A DNA stretch of 64,000 nt from contig OY279575.1 of NCBI GenBank assembly GCA_958267355.1, positions 1,246,295 through 1,310,294 of the forward strand, read 5' to 3'. The notes beneath the pieces were generated by a model that ran no database searches, was not told the origin of the DNA, and worked only from the letters and a program-made list of their open reading frames with translations. Position 1 is the first letter of the stretch; each line of letters opens with the position of its first letter. The position numbers were made by a program, and so were the translations under genes. Positions 47,920 to 57,374 of this stretch are shown here, piece after piece. This DNA is from an uncultured Alphaproteobacteria bacterium (GTDB lineage Bacteria; Pseudomonadota; Alphaproteobacteria; JALCBB01).

Positions 47920-50886
47920 ATGCCTTCCAAGAAGCCTTCTAGCGCGGTGTCTGTCCGTGGTTCGGCGGAGACTCCGCCGCCGTCTCTGTCTGCTCGGGGG
48001 GGGCAGAAGGCGGGGAAATCTTCTGACCGTTGGCGGGAGTCGGTGTTTCTGCCGCAGACTGATTTTCCGATGCGGGGTAGGCTTCCTGAGACGGAGCCTG
48101 ATATTTTGCGGCTCTGGGATGATTTAGGGCTGTATGAACGCCAGCGTCAGGCGGCACAGGGGCGGGAGAAATTTGTGTTACACGATGGTCCGCCTTATGC
48201 CAATGGTGAGTTGCATATGGGTACTGCGTTGAACAAGATTTTGAAGGATATTATTAATCGTTCGCGGCAGATTACGCATTATGACGCGAATTATGTGCCG
48301 GGCTGGGATTGCCATGGCCTTCCGATTGAGTGGAAGGTGGAAGAAGAATACCGCGCCCAGGGTAAGAGCAAAGATGATTTGCCAGCGGTTGAATTTCGCC
48401 GTAGGTGTCGTGGCTTTGCGGAAAAGTGGATAGATATTCAGCGGGCGGGGTTTCGGCGTTTTGGCGTGATTGGTGACTGGCAGGATCCGTATTTGACTAT
48501 GTCTCCTTTGGCGGAAGGGCAAATTGTTCGCGAGCTGGGGAAATTTTTAGACAAGGGTGCATTGTATCGTGGTGTGCGGCCTGTTTTGTGGTCTGTGCCT
48601 GAGAAGACGGCTTTGGCGGATGCGGAAGTGGAGTACTTGCCGCATACTTCGCCGAGTATTTGGGTGGCGTATCCGTTGCGGGAGTCTGTGCATCCTGTTT
48701 TGGCGGAGAAGTTAGCCGACACTGCCTTCGCGGTCTGGACAACGACTCCTTGGACTGTGCCGATGGTGCGGGCGATTGCCTATGCCGAAGACGCGGATTA
48801 CTCCCTGCTTGAAGTGAAGGCGGCGGAAGACTCTGCTTTACTTGGCAAACGCTATCTGGTGGCAAGTGCTTTGGCGGAAGCGTTTTGCGAAGTTTCAGGC
48901 TTGAGCGAGACCACGAAGCTTGCGACCTTAAAGGGAAGCGAATTTGCAGGTACTTTCGGCGGGAGTCCCTTGCGGTGCGAAGTGGAAGGCAAGTTTGTTT
49001 ATGATGCAGACTTTCCGCTTTTGCCTGCTGACTTTGTCACGCTAGACCAAGGGACAGGCTTTGTGCAGATTGCTCCATCGCACGGAGCGGACGATTACGC
49101 TCTGTGCCAAGCCCACGACATTGCGGCTCTACCGCAAATGGATGGCGAAAGCTGTTTTGCCGAGTCGGTGCCACTCTTTGCGGGGACTCGTGTCTTGCGA
49201 GATGATGGCAGCGAAGGCGACAGCAACAAGCGGGTTTTGGAAGTCTTGGCGAGCTGTGGCACTTTGCTTGCCAGCCGTAAGTTAAATCATCCCTATCCGC
49301 ATTCGTGGCGGTCAAAGGCACCACTGATTTTTCGGGTGACGCCGCAGTGGTTTATCTCCATGGAGAAAACAGGCTTGCGTGATACGGCGATGCAGGCGAT
49401 TAGCGATACGCGCTTTTATCCGCCTGAATCGCGTGAGCGTTTGCGGTCAATGGTTGATGGTCGGCCTGATTGGTGCGTTTCGCGGCAACGGCTGTGGGGT
49501 GTGCCTTTACCGCTCTTTACCCACAAGCAGACAGGAGAAGTCTTAAACGACCCGCAGGTGATTGAACGGATTGCCCAAGCTTACGAGAAAGAAAATTCTG
49601 ATTTATGGTTTACCGAGCCAGCGAGTCGGTGGCTGGCTCCTGACTATGATGCAGATGAATGGCAGCAAGAAGAAGATATTGTGGAAGTATGGTTTGACTC
49701 GGGCTCTACCCATGGCTTTGTTTTAGAAAAGCGCGAAGACTTGAAGCCGATTGCCGACTTATATCTTGAAGGAACAGATCAACATCGTGGTTGGTTTCAA
49801 TCGTCATTGTTGGTGGGCTGTGGCACACGCGGACGGGCACCGTACGATGGACTTTTAACCCACGGCTTTGTGCTGGACGATGTTGGACAAAAGATGAGCA
49901 AATCGCTTGGCAACACGACAGACCCGAAAGATGTACTGAAAGATTACGGAGCCGATATTCTGCGGCTCTGGGTGACGACTGCGGATTACACGGGCGATTT
50001 GCGGATTGGTCCGAAGATTTTGAAGCAGACAAGCGAGTCCTATCGGCGTTTGCGTTATTCCCTGCGCTATCTTCTGGGCGGATTGCATGGCTTTGATGAA
50101 AGCGAGCGGATTGCTCCTGCTGATATGCCGCTATTAGAAAAGTGGCTACTGCATCGTTTGTGGTTAGCGACGGGCGAGCTGGAAGGCTACTTTGCTGAAT
50201 ACGATTTCCACCGTGCTTTTGTGCTGTTGCATCAGATTGCGGGAAATGACTTGTCTTCGTTTTACTTTGATATCCGCAAGGATTCGTTGTATTGCGATGC
50301 ACCTACGAACGAGCAACGGCAAGCGGTGCGTAGTACTTTTGATTTGTGTTTTGATTTTTTGGCGACTTGGCTATCGCCGATTTTGTCTTTTACGACCGAA
50401 GCGGCGTGGCAAGCCCGAGGCAAGGATTTAGATACGATTCCGTCTATGCACCTAAACCTTGTCAAGAAGCAAACGGAGTTAGCGGCGTGGCAAGACCGAC
50501 AAGCCTACGACACGGTGGAAAGCTTGCGTCCTGTCCGCCGAGTGATTACAGGGGCGTTAGAACGCGCCCGCACGGCATCCGATATTGGCGCATCTTTAGA
50601 GGCATCTGTGCGGCTGTGGCTTGACCTTACAGAAGCCAAACAAGCCGCCGAGCAGGTTGGAGATGCAGGCTTAGCCGACTGGGCGATTGTCTCGGGCTTG
50701 TCGCTTGCTGATGCGGAAGAAAAGCCCCCCACAGACGCTTTCCGCCTAGACGAAGTGCCAGGGGTGGCGGTGGTCGTAGAAAAGGCACAGGGTGCGAAAT
50801 GCGAGCGTTGTTGGCAGGTTTTGCCTGAAGTGGTGGCAGACGCTGAAAGCCTGTGTTTTAGATGTAGGCGGGTGGTGGGCGCGTAA
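47920..50886 (+). CDS. ileS: isoleucine--tRNA ligase
   Basis: PPYANGELHMGTALNKILKD (HIGH-class motif), KMSKSLGN, C-terminal CERCWQ...CFRC zinc finger; start could also be 47881. Confidence 0.93.
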   Translation: MPSKKPSSAVSVRGSAETPPPSLSARGGQKAGKSSDRWRESVFLPQTDFPMRGRLPETEPDILRLWDDLGLYERQRQAAQGREKFVLHDGPPYANGELHMGTALNKILKDIINRSRQITHYDANYVPGWDCHGLPIEWKVEEEYRAQGKSKDDLPAVEFRRRCRGFAEKWIDIQRAGFRRFGVIGDWQDPYLTMSPLAEGQIVRELGKFLDKGALYRGVRPVLWSVPEKTALADAEVEYLPHTSPSIWVAYPLRESVHPVLAEKLADTAFAVWTTTPWTVPMVRAIAYAEDADYSLLEVKAAEDSALLGKRYLVASALAEAFCEVSGLSETTKLATLKGSEFAGTFGGSPLRCEVEGKFVYDADFPLLPADFVTLDQGTGFVQIAPSHGADDYALCQAHDIAALPQMDGESCFAESVPLFAGTRVLRDDGSEGDSNKRVLEVLASCGTLLASRKLNHPYPHSWRSKAPLIFRVTPQWFISMEKTGLRDTAMQAISDTRFYPPESRERLRSMVDGRPDWCVSRQRLWGVPLPLFTHKQTGEVLNDPQVIERIAQAYEKENSDLWFTEPASRWLAPDYDADEWQQEEDIVEVWFDSGSTHGFVLEKREDLKPIADLYLEGTDQHRGWFQSSLLVGCGTRGRAPYDGLLTHGFVLDDVGQKMSKSLGNTTDPKDVLKDYGADILRLWVTTADYTGDLRIGPKILKQTSESYRRLRYSLRYLLGGLHGFDESERIAPADMPLLEKWLLHRLWLATGELEGYFAEYDFHRAFVLLHQIAGNDLSSFYFDIRKDSLYCDAPTNEQRQAVRSTFDLCFDFLATWLSPILSFTTEAAWQARGKDLDTIPSMHLNLVKKQTELAAWQDRQAYDTVESLRPVRRVITGALERARTASDIGASLEASVRLWLDLTEAKQAAEQVGDAGLADWAIVSGLSLADAEEKPPTDAFRLDEVPGVAVVVEKAQGAKCERCWQVLPEVVADAESLCFRCRRVVGA

Positions 50887-50904
50887 TCTTGCTATAATTG
50901 GCGT

Positions 50905-51501
50905 ATGCGAAGGTTTCGTTATATCTGTGCGCTGGTGTTTGGGCTGGCGTTGGTGCCGAGCTTGGCGGGCTGTGAGGACACACGCCGTGCTGTTGGCTTG
51001 GGTGTTCGTGATGCGCCTGATGAATTTGCGGTGGTGCGGAATGATCCGCTGGTGGTGCCAGAGGGCTTGGAGCAGGCGGCGATTTTGCCGACTCCGCGGG
51101 CGGCGAATCCGAACTTGCCGTTGTTGTCTGACGCGGTGGATGATGCTGAACGGGCGTTATTTGGCGCACCGATTACGAACGCCAGCAACGCCAGCAACGC
51201 GAGCAATGGTACGGCGGCGGCGGCGGGTGAAGTGGCGCGTTCGCCTGTGGAGCATTTTTTGCTAGAAGGAGCGGGAGCGGGTACGGGCAATCGTGATATT
51301 CGGGCGATTTTGGCGAATGAAGCTCCTGATACGGGCACGACATTGGGCGAGCGGATTTTGTTTTGGCAGGAGCGGGCGCAGGGTTTGGTTCTTGACCCTG
51401 AGGCGGAGCAGGCGCGGATACAGTCCTTGCGCGAGCGTGGTGAGGCGATTAATGGTGATGGAGTGCCGGTATTGCTTGACCAGCAGAATAATTTGTTTTG
51501 A
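50905..51501 (+). CDS. DUF3035-like lipoprotein (possible BamF-like) with a NASNASNAS repeat
   Basis: lipobox LAGC; Pro-rich conserved N-terminal domain DAPDEFAVVRNDPLVVPE; position after ileS. Confidence 0.5.
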   Translation: MRRFRYICALVFGLALVPSLAGCEDTRRAVGLGVRDAPDEFAVVRNDPLVVPEGLEQAAILPTPRAANPNLPLLSDAVDDAERALFGAPITNASNASNASNGTAAAAGEVARSPVEHFLLEGAGAGTGNRDIRAILANEAPDTGTTLGERILFWQERAQGLVLDPEAEQARIQSLRERGEAINGDGVPVLLDQQNNLF

Positions 51502-51504
51502 TGT

Positions 51505-51600
51505 GATTCTTGCGAATGTAGTGCGAATGTAATTGTGAGCGTGTAATTGCGAGTGTAATTGTAAGTGTGATTGCGAGTGTAATTGCGAGTGTGTAATTGT
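51505..51600. repeat. tandem repeat, 13-bp unit (gtgtaattgcgagt) x7
   Basis: direct reading. Confidence 0.85.
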
Positions 51601-52144
51601 GAGTGTAATTGTGTTTAGATTTTTGCGTAGCTGTTCGCCTATGCGTACCCGTTCGTCTATGGGTAGCTGTTCGTCTATGCGTGTCTGGGCGATGATGGCT
51701 TCTGTGGTTTCTGTGGTTTTGGTTGTGGGTTTGGCGGGTTTGTGGGCTGATGCGGTGGCGGAAGATTTATTTCGTTATGGTCGTGGTTTTGTGGAGACGG
51801 ATGATGGGGTGCGGTATTTGTTTTCGTTGGAGGTAGCGGAGACAGCGGAAGCGCGGGCGCGTGGTTTGATGTTTCGCGAGTCGTTGGGTGCGGAGAGTGG
51901 AATGTTATTGGTTTGGCAGGAGTCGCGTGATGTGGGTATTTGGATGAAGAACACGCCCTTGTCGCTTGATTTGTTGTATATCCGTGATGATGGAGTTGTG
52001 GTTCGGGTTTATGAGCGTGCGAAGCCGTTTGACTTGACGATCTTGCATAGCGGCGAACCTGTGCGCTCGGTCTTGGAGCTTCCTGCTGGCACGGTATCCC
52101 GCCTTGGCATAACCCCAGGCGCCCACTTTCGTCTATTGGATTGA
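51599..52144 (+). CDS. DUF192 domain protein (COG1430)
   Basis: FSLEVAETAEARARGLMFRESLGAESGMLLVW...SLDLLYIRDDGVV...LELPAG are DUF192 motifs; start ambiguous among several in-frame ATGs. Confidence 0.65.
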   Translation: MSVIVFRFLRSCSPMRTRSSMGSCSSMRVWAMMASVVSVVLVVGLAGLWADAVAEDLFRYGRGFVETDDGVRYLFSLEVAETAEARARGLMFRESLGAESGMLLVWQESRDVGIWMKNTPLSLDLLYIRDDGVVVRVYERAKPFDLTILHSGEPVRSVLELPAGTVSRLGITPGAHFRLLD

Positions 52145-53391
52145 ATACTGAGACGAAGCTTGGGAGAAGTAGCGGCTTGCCCTTTCCCAACCTTAGAGAC
52201 GAAGACCCACCGAGTGGCGTAGCCACGAGCGCGAGCGGAGTGGAGCGTTAGCGAACGGAGCGAAGCGGACGCCGTGAAGCGTCTTGCGCGTAGCGCACCG
52301 CTTCACGGCACTAGGCGGCGTAAGCCGCCGTAACTTAAACAGTAAGAGAAAGACTAGCCCTGACCTTTTCTTTTACGGACTAGGAATTAGGGTTCTGTAA
52401 AGACGGGGAAGGCGCGACTTGCCCTTTCCTACCTTTGAGACGAAGACCCACCGAGTGGCGTAGCCACGAGCGCGAGCGGAGTGGAGCGTTAGCGAACGGA
52501 GCGAAGCGGACGCCGTGAAGCGTCTTGCGCGTAGCGCACCGCTTCACGGCACTAGGCGGCGTAAGCCGCCGTAACTTAAACAGTAAGAGAAAGACTAGCC
52601 CTGACCTTTTCTTTTACGGACTAGGAATTAGGGTTCTGTAAAGACGGGGAAGGCGCGTCTTGCCCTTTCCTACCTTTGAGACGAAGACCCACCGAGTGCC
52701 CCGCGTGGCGAAGCTTGCCGAGCCACGCCAACGCGTCCGTTAGGACGCACAAAAAAGAGGCACGAGCGCGAGCGTAGCGGGCACCTTGCGGTGCGTCCGC
52801 CTTGCGGCGGGGCATTCGTGCCAAATGTTATACCCCCACCAGCCGTTAAGCCCCATAGTTTCAATGGGGGGGCTAATTGAGCCGAAGCCCCATTGAGTGT
52901 CTACAGGGCGAATTTATTTTTTACCCTTTTATTTTTTCTCTCTAACAGGGGGATATTAATAATTTACCCCCCTAGGGGCGCGAGTGAGCGTAGCGAACGA
53001 GCGGGCAAAGGGGGGTCAAGCTCACAAGCCCGTAGGGCGTAGTGAGCTTGGGGGGGATGGGTGGGAACGCGCCACAAGGGTGCGTAAATTAAATGTTGAA
53101 GTAGAGCCTAACCCCAACCCATTTTTCTACGGCTCAGAAATCAGGGTAATTAGAAGACAGGGAAAAGGCACAGCCCAACCTTAGAGACGAAGACGGGGGA
53201 TACGCGGCTTGCCCCGCAGGGCTTGCCCTGCGGGGTTCGCGCGAATTTAGCGCGAACCGCGGGAGCGTAAGGGTGGTGGGACTGCCCACAGGCGCAGGTG
53301 GTCTTGCGTCTCGCGCCCTTTAGGGCGCGGGTAGCAAGCCAGATGCGCCCAAAGCACGCGCAAGCGTGCGTAAAAACTCTCCACCGCAAGG
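52145..53391 (-). repeat. amplified array of dispersed-element modules (C module ~240 bp x~2.5 in rc, A module rc, further C-like segments) from the DUF192 stop to the tRNA-Pro(TGG) 3' end
   Basis: 52200-52440 and 52440-52680 near-identical; 52800-52890 is rc of the A module; ends …ccaccgcaaggtg abutting the tRNA. Confidence 0.85.
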
Positions 53392-53468
53392 TGGTCGGGG
53401 CGACTGGGTTCGAACCAGTGACCTCCTGCTCCCAAAGCAGGCGCGCTACCAGGCTGCGCCACGCCCCG
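53392..53468 (-). tRNA. tRNA-Pro (TGG)
   Basis: rc: cggggcg-tg-gcgcagcctggtagcgc-g-cctgc-tTTGGGa-gcagg-aggtc-actggttcgaacccagt-cgccccg-a-CCA; anticodon UGG, G37. Confidence 0.85.
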
Positions 53469-53678
53469 ATTTTGTGGATGGGTTTTGTGTTTTGGATAAT
53501 GCCACTAAAGCGGGGGTTTGTGTGGGCTGTGGGCTGTGGGGGTTTTTTGTTGTGGGCGGAGCGGTTTAGGTCATTGATTTTCAAGAATAAATACCAAATT
53601 GCAGTATTTTTCTTAAATTTAATTGCTTTTGACGGCAAATTAATTCTAATTCTGGCGAAAATGTGCTATATTGACTGA

Positions 53679-53862
53679 AATTGGTTCGCACTTTATAACA
53701 GCCATAGGAATCTGACAAAAGAGGTACGCCCGCCGCGCATAGAGTTTGTTTTCCGAGCTGATCCGTTCCGTCGCTATACTCTCCTCCTCCTCGTGGCACG
53801 GGACGGGTCGCCTCCCCACGCGGGTGAGGCGGGAGGGCATCGCATAGCCGATTGCCCTCCCC
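53679..53862 (+). ncRNA. candidate small RNA (unclassified)
   Basis: extended -10 promoter tgcTATATT at 53664-53672; intrinsic terminator gggagggcatcg-catagc-cgattgccctcccc + ttcttttt at 53823-53862; no credible ORF; internal CU-rich ctcctcctcctc tract. Confidence 0.3.
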
Positions 53863-53994
53863 TTCTTTTTAAGCAAAGTTTTTAAGCTGGGCTTTCAGCC
53901 TGCGCTTTTTCTGTTTGCTAAAACTTCTGCTCATTTGTCTGTTTATCTGTTCGTGTCGTACGACACGTACTATAGCTTCCAATTATTCAAACCG

Positions 53995-54069
53995 CGCGCT
54001 CGGGAGGACTCGAACCTCCGACCTAGTGCTTAGAAGGCACTCGCTCTAATCCAGCTGAGCTACGAGCGC
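53995..54069 (-). tRNA. tRNA-Arg (TCT)
   Basis: rc: gcgctcg-ta-gctcagctggattagagc-g-agtgc-cTTCTAa-gcact-aggtc-ggaggttcgagtcctcc-cgagcgc-g; anticodon UCU; CCA not encoded. Confidence 0.85.
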
Positions 54070-54079
54070 ACCGCCTTGC

Positions 54080-54385
54080 CTAATGCGTCCAACGCAGAAG
54101 TCTATTGGCACGGAAATTCGCATCATAAGCCTTGGGCTTGCTCCGCCGCACAGATGGCGGCGAGAGCGCATAGCCAAAGCCCTGACTCTTTGCCCAAGCG
54201 ACTGCCTGTTCTTCACTGGCAAAACGTAGCTTTACTTGGCGGGTTGTGTCTTCCATCGTTGCCCAGCCCATCAAAGCATCAGGAGCCAAAGGCTTTTGCC
54301 GAACAAATTCGGCAATCCACTCTTTTTCGCCTGCCCGCCCCGACTGCATCGCCGACCGCGGAGCAGAATAGATCTTCACTTCCAT
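54080..54385 (-). CDS. ETC complex I subunit conserved-region protein (NDUFS4 homologue)
   Basis: MEVKIYSAPRSAMQSGRAGEKEWIAEF...PLMGWATMEDTTRQVKLRFASEEQAVAWAKSQGFGY follows the NDUFS4/AQDQ-like pattern. Confidence 0.65.
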   Translation of the reverse strand: MEVKIYSAPRSAMQSGRAGEKEWIAEFVRQKPLAPDALMGWATMEDTTRQVKLRFASEEQAVAWAKSQGFGYALSPPSVRRSKPKAYDANFRANRLLRWTH

Positions 54386-54485
54386 AGCAATTCTCCTTAA
54401 GCCCTAAGTTTTTCCTACGGCGTACAACCCGCACACTATACAACAAGCCCAGCCCTTGAAGGAGTGGCAGGGTTTGGGGTGGGGC

Positions 54486-55151
54486 TTATGGCTTGTCGGC
54501 GGGCTTTTCTTCTGCCAGCGCCTTCGCCACCACCACCCGAGCCGCCCGCAACAAACGCCCATGAATTAACCAACCCGTCTGTACTTCCTGAATCACCGTA
54601 CCCGCAGACGCTTCGCCACTTGCCAGCTCCGCCATTACCTCGTGGCGACTCGGATCCAACTTCTCACCCAGTGAGGCAAAGGGAACAATTCCATGGCGGG
54701 CAAAAGCTTCTTCAATACCGCGTAGAACTAAGTCCAAACCGCCACGCAAAGATTGCGGACACTCAGGAGCCGCCACCGCCCGCCGCAAGTTATCCAACGA
54801 GTCCAACAAATCAAAGGCTAAAGGTTCGGCTCCGCGTTTGCGGGCTTCGCCCAAAGCCTTGTCGTGACGCGCAGAAATGTTACGCAACTCCGCCAAGGCT
54901 AAAAGATAACGCTCTTGAAAATCCTGCTCGCTCGCCTGTGCAGATGCGTTCTTTCCTGCCCTGCCCTTTCCTGCCCTGCCCTTTTCTGGCGTATCTTTTT
55001 TTGGCGTATCTTTTTCTTGCGTAGAGTCCCCCGCCGCAGATTCCTGCTCTGCTGACCCCTTGCCCGCTGACTCGCTACCCGCCGACTCTGGCGCGTTTTT
55101 ACTCGGCGTATCCGCTTTGTGAGACTTGTCTTTACGCATTGTCCTTAACAC
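54486..55151 (-). CDS. grpE: nucleotide exchange factor GrpE with a Lys/Gly-rich N-terminal repeat
   Basis: coiled-coil ERYLLALAELRNISARHDK then GIVPFASLGEKLDPSRHEVMAE...GTVIQEVQTGWLIHGRLLRAARVVVAK. Confidence 0.85.
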   Translation of the reverse strand: MLRTMRKDKSHKADTPSKNAPESAGSESAGKGSAEQESAAGDSTQEKDTPKKDTPEKGRAGKGRAGKNASAQASEQDFQERYLLALAELRNISARHDKALGEARKRGAEPLAFDLLDSLDNLRRAVAAPECPQSLRGGLDLVLRGIEEAFARHGIVPFASLGEKLDPSRHEVMAELASGEASAGTVIQEVQTGWLIHGRLLRAARVVVAKALAEEKPADKP

Positions 55152-55227
55152 CCTGCCCTTACGCTTTATCCTTACGCCCTGTCTTTGCGCCCGCTCCTTG
55201 CTTATATCGGGCTTGCGCCACCAGAAA

Positions 55228-56322
55228 TCAAGAGCCAGCTGTCTCCGCCGTGCCTGTCTGTTGTGGCTCCTGTGCTGTCTCGTCGCCGCTCAGAGTCCGC
55301 ACCACCTGTGCCGTGTAATCCACCATCGGAATAATCCGCGCATAGTTCAGCCGCACAGGACCAATCACACCCAAAGCCCCAACGGGCTTGCCTCCCTGCT
55401 GAACCCACGGAGCCAAGATCACCGAACAACCCGCCACTCCAAACAACGGCGAACCCGCACCAATAAAAATCTGCACCCCATCCGCCGTGCCAGCCAAGCG
55501 GAGCAATTCCAGCACCGACTCCTTGCGCTCTAATGCCGCAAAAAGCGCACGGATACGCTCCACATCTGCGGCTTCCCGCACTCCCGACAAAAGATTGGCA
55601 TGACCCGAAACCAAAAGACTCGGCATCGCCTGCTCGCCACCCCAAAACGCCAAGCCCGACTCCACCAACTGCGAAGTGAGTCCATCCAGCGTCGCCCTGT
55701 CGCGGCGGATACACTCGCCTATCTCTAGCGTCGCCTCACGGAATGTGCGTCCGAAAAAACGTTGCGAAATATAATTGCCCGCTTCCACCAAAGCCGATGC
55801 AGGAAGGGAAGGCGAAACTTCTAGAACGCGGTTTTCAACCTGTCCGCTTTCCGTCACCAAGACCATCAAAACCCGACTCGGAGACAAACGCACAAACTCC
55901 ACATGCCGCAAAGCCGAGTCTTCCGCCGCAGGAACCGCCACCAAGACCGCACAACGCGATAACTCCGACAAGACTTCAGAAGCCTGCTGCAGGGCAACTT
56001 CTCCCGACAGAGTGCTACCCGTCAAAGAATGCTTGTGGAAGTGATTGGCAATTTCTGCACGCTCTTGGGTGGTCAAGTTGTCGCGCTCCATCAAGCCATG
56101 GACAAACAGCCGTAGCCCATGTTCGGTTGGCAAACGTCCCGCCGAAGTATGCGGAGCCGCCAGCAAACCAAGCGACTCCAAATCCGCCATAACAGTGCGC
56201 AGAGTTGACGCGGAAAAACGCCCGCCCATTTTGTCCGCAAGCGTGCGCGAGCCAACAGGCGAACCCGTACGCATATAGGTATCCACCAACCGCGAAAAAA
56301 CTTCGCGGGTACGGGAGTCCAT
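55228..56322 (-). CDS. hrcA: heat-inducible transcription repressor HrcA
   Basis: MDSRTREVFSRLVDTYMRTGSPVGSRTLADK...LRTVMADLESLGLL; start at the internal ATG 56322; the ORF extends to 56715 through a VAHKSEMHKSEVHK-coding tandem repeat of uncertain translation. Confidence 0.85.
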   Translation of the reverse strand: MDSRTREVFSRLVDTYMRTGSPVGSRTLADKMGGRFSASTLRTVMADLESLGLLAAPHTSAGRLPTEHGLRLFVHGLMERDNLTTQERAEIANHFHKHSLTGSTLSGEVALQQASEVLSELSRCAVLVAVPAAEDSALRHVEFVRLSPSRVLMVLVTESGQVENRVLEVSPSLPASALVEAGNYISQRFFGRTFREATLEIGECIRRDRATLDGLTSQLVESGLAFWGGEQAMPSLLVSGHANLLSGVREAADVERIRALFAALERKESVLELLRLAGTADGVQIFIGAGSPLFGVAGCSVILAPWVQQGGKPVGALGVIGPVRLNYARIIPMVDYTAQVVRTLSGDETAQEPQQTGTAETAGS

Positions 56323-56561
56323 CGCCGACAAGGCTTCAGCAGGAGCTGGCTTATGCATCTCCGTTTTATGCACTTCCGACTTGTGCATCTCCGACTTGTG
56401 CGCCACAGAACTGCGCACTCCCGACTTGTGCGCCACAGATTTGGCAGGCGTGTCTGTCATAGCCCTTCTGTTGTACGACAAGCTCGCCGCAACGACAAGA
56501 ATTAGGCTAAACTCGCCCAAGACACAGAAGCCAAACCCAAACCACTCAAATCCAAACCAAA

Positions 56562-57302
56562 ATGCCCCAAAGACACAATGGGCGGAATTCCGCCAGCCTG
56601 CGTCCGCTTGCCTTCGCCAGCGGAGCCCTGACCTGGGCGGAAGGCTCGTGCCGCGTTGTCCAAGGACGCACCGAGCTACTCTGTGCGGCAAGCCTAGACG
56701 ATCGCGTCCCACCATGGATGCGCAACGCAGGACGCGGCTGGGTCACCGCCGAATACGGTATGCTTCCGCGTTCAACTTCAGAGCGTATGCGACGCGAAGC
56801 CGCCAACGGCGGACAAAGCGGACGCACTTTAGAAATCCAGCGTCTCATCGGACGAGCCCTACGCGCCGTGCATTCCCTAGAAGCCATGGGCGAGCGCACC
56901 CTGCGGCTTGATTGCGATGTCATCAACGCCGACGGCGGCACACGCTGTGCGGCCATCAACGGAGCCTACATCGCCGCCGCGTGCGCTTGGGAAGCCTTAG
57001 TCCAACGCGGACTTGTGCGGGCGAGTCCGTTGCGCGAAGCGGTGGCGGCGGTGAGCTGTGTCATCAATCAAGACCGCGTCTTGTTGGATCCTGATTACAG
57101 CGAAGACTCCACGGCTTCGGTAGATGCAAACTTTGTCTTCGCAGAAAGCGGCAAGCTGATTGAAGTGCAGATGAGTGCAGAAGGCGCGGCTTTTTCTGAC
57201 TCGCAACTGAACGAGATGTTAAGCCTTGCCCGTCAGGGCGCAGGGGAAATCTTTGCCGCCCAAAAACAAACCTTAGAAGAAGCGCGGGCGAAATCTTCTT
57301 GA
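56562..57302 (+). CDS. rph: ribonuclease PH
   Basis: LRPLAFASGALTWAEGSCRVVQGRTELLCAASL...GWVTAEYGMLPRSTSERMRRE...DCDVINADGGTRCAAINGA. Confidence 0.92.
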   Translation: MPQRHNGRNSASLRPLAFASGALTWAEGSCRVVQGRTELLCAASLDDRVPPWMRNAGRGWVTAEYGMLPRSTSERMRREAANGGQSGRTLEIQRLIGRALRAVHSLEAMGERTLRLDCDVINADGGTRCAAINGAYIAAACAWEALVQRGLVRASPLREAVAAVSCVINQDRVLLDPDYSEDSTASVDANFVFAESGKLIEVQMSAEGAAFSDSQLNEMLSLARQGAGEIFAAQKQTLEEARAKSS

Positions 57303-57374
57303 AAGACCGCTTGCACAGACCTACAAAGCACTGCGCTCAAAGAAAGTACTGCGCTCAAAGATTGGCAAAGCAAA

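Noticed and set aside
53298-53678. 126-aa ORF overlapping tRNA-Pro(TGG)
   Set aside because: It runs through a tRNA gene and repeat-element sequence.
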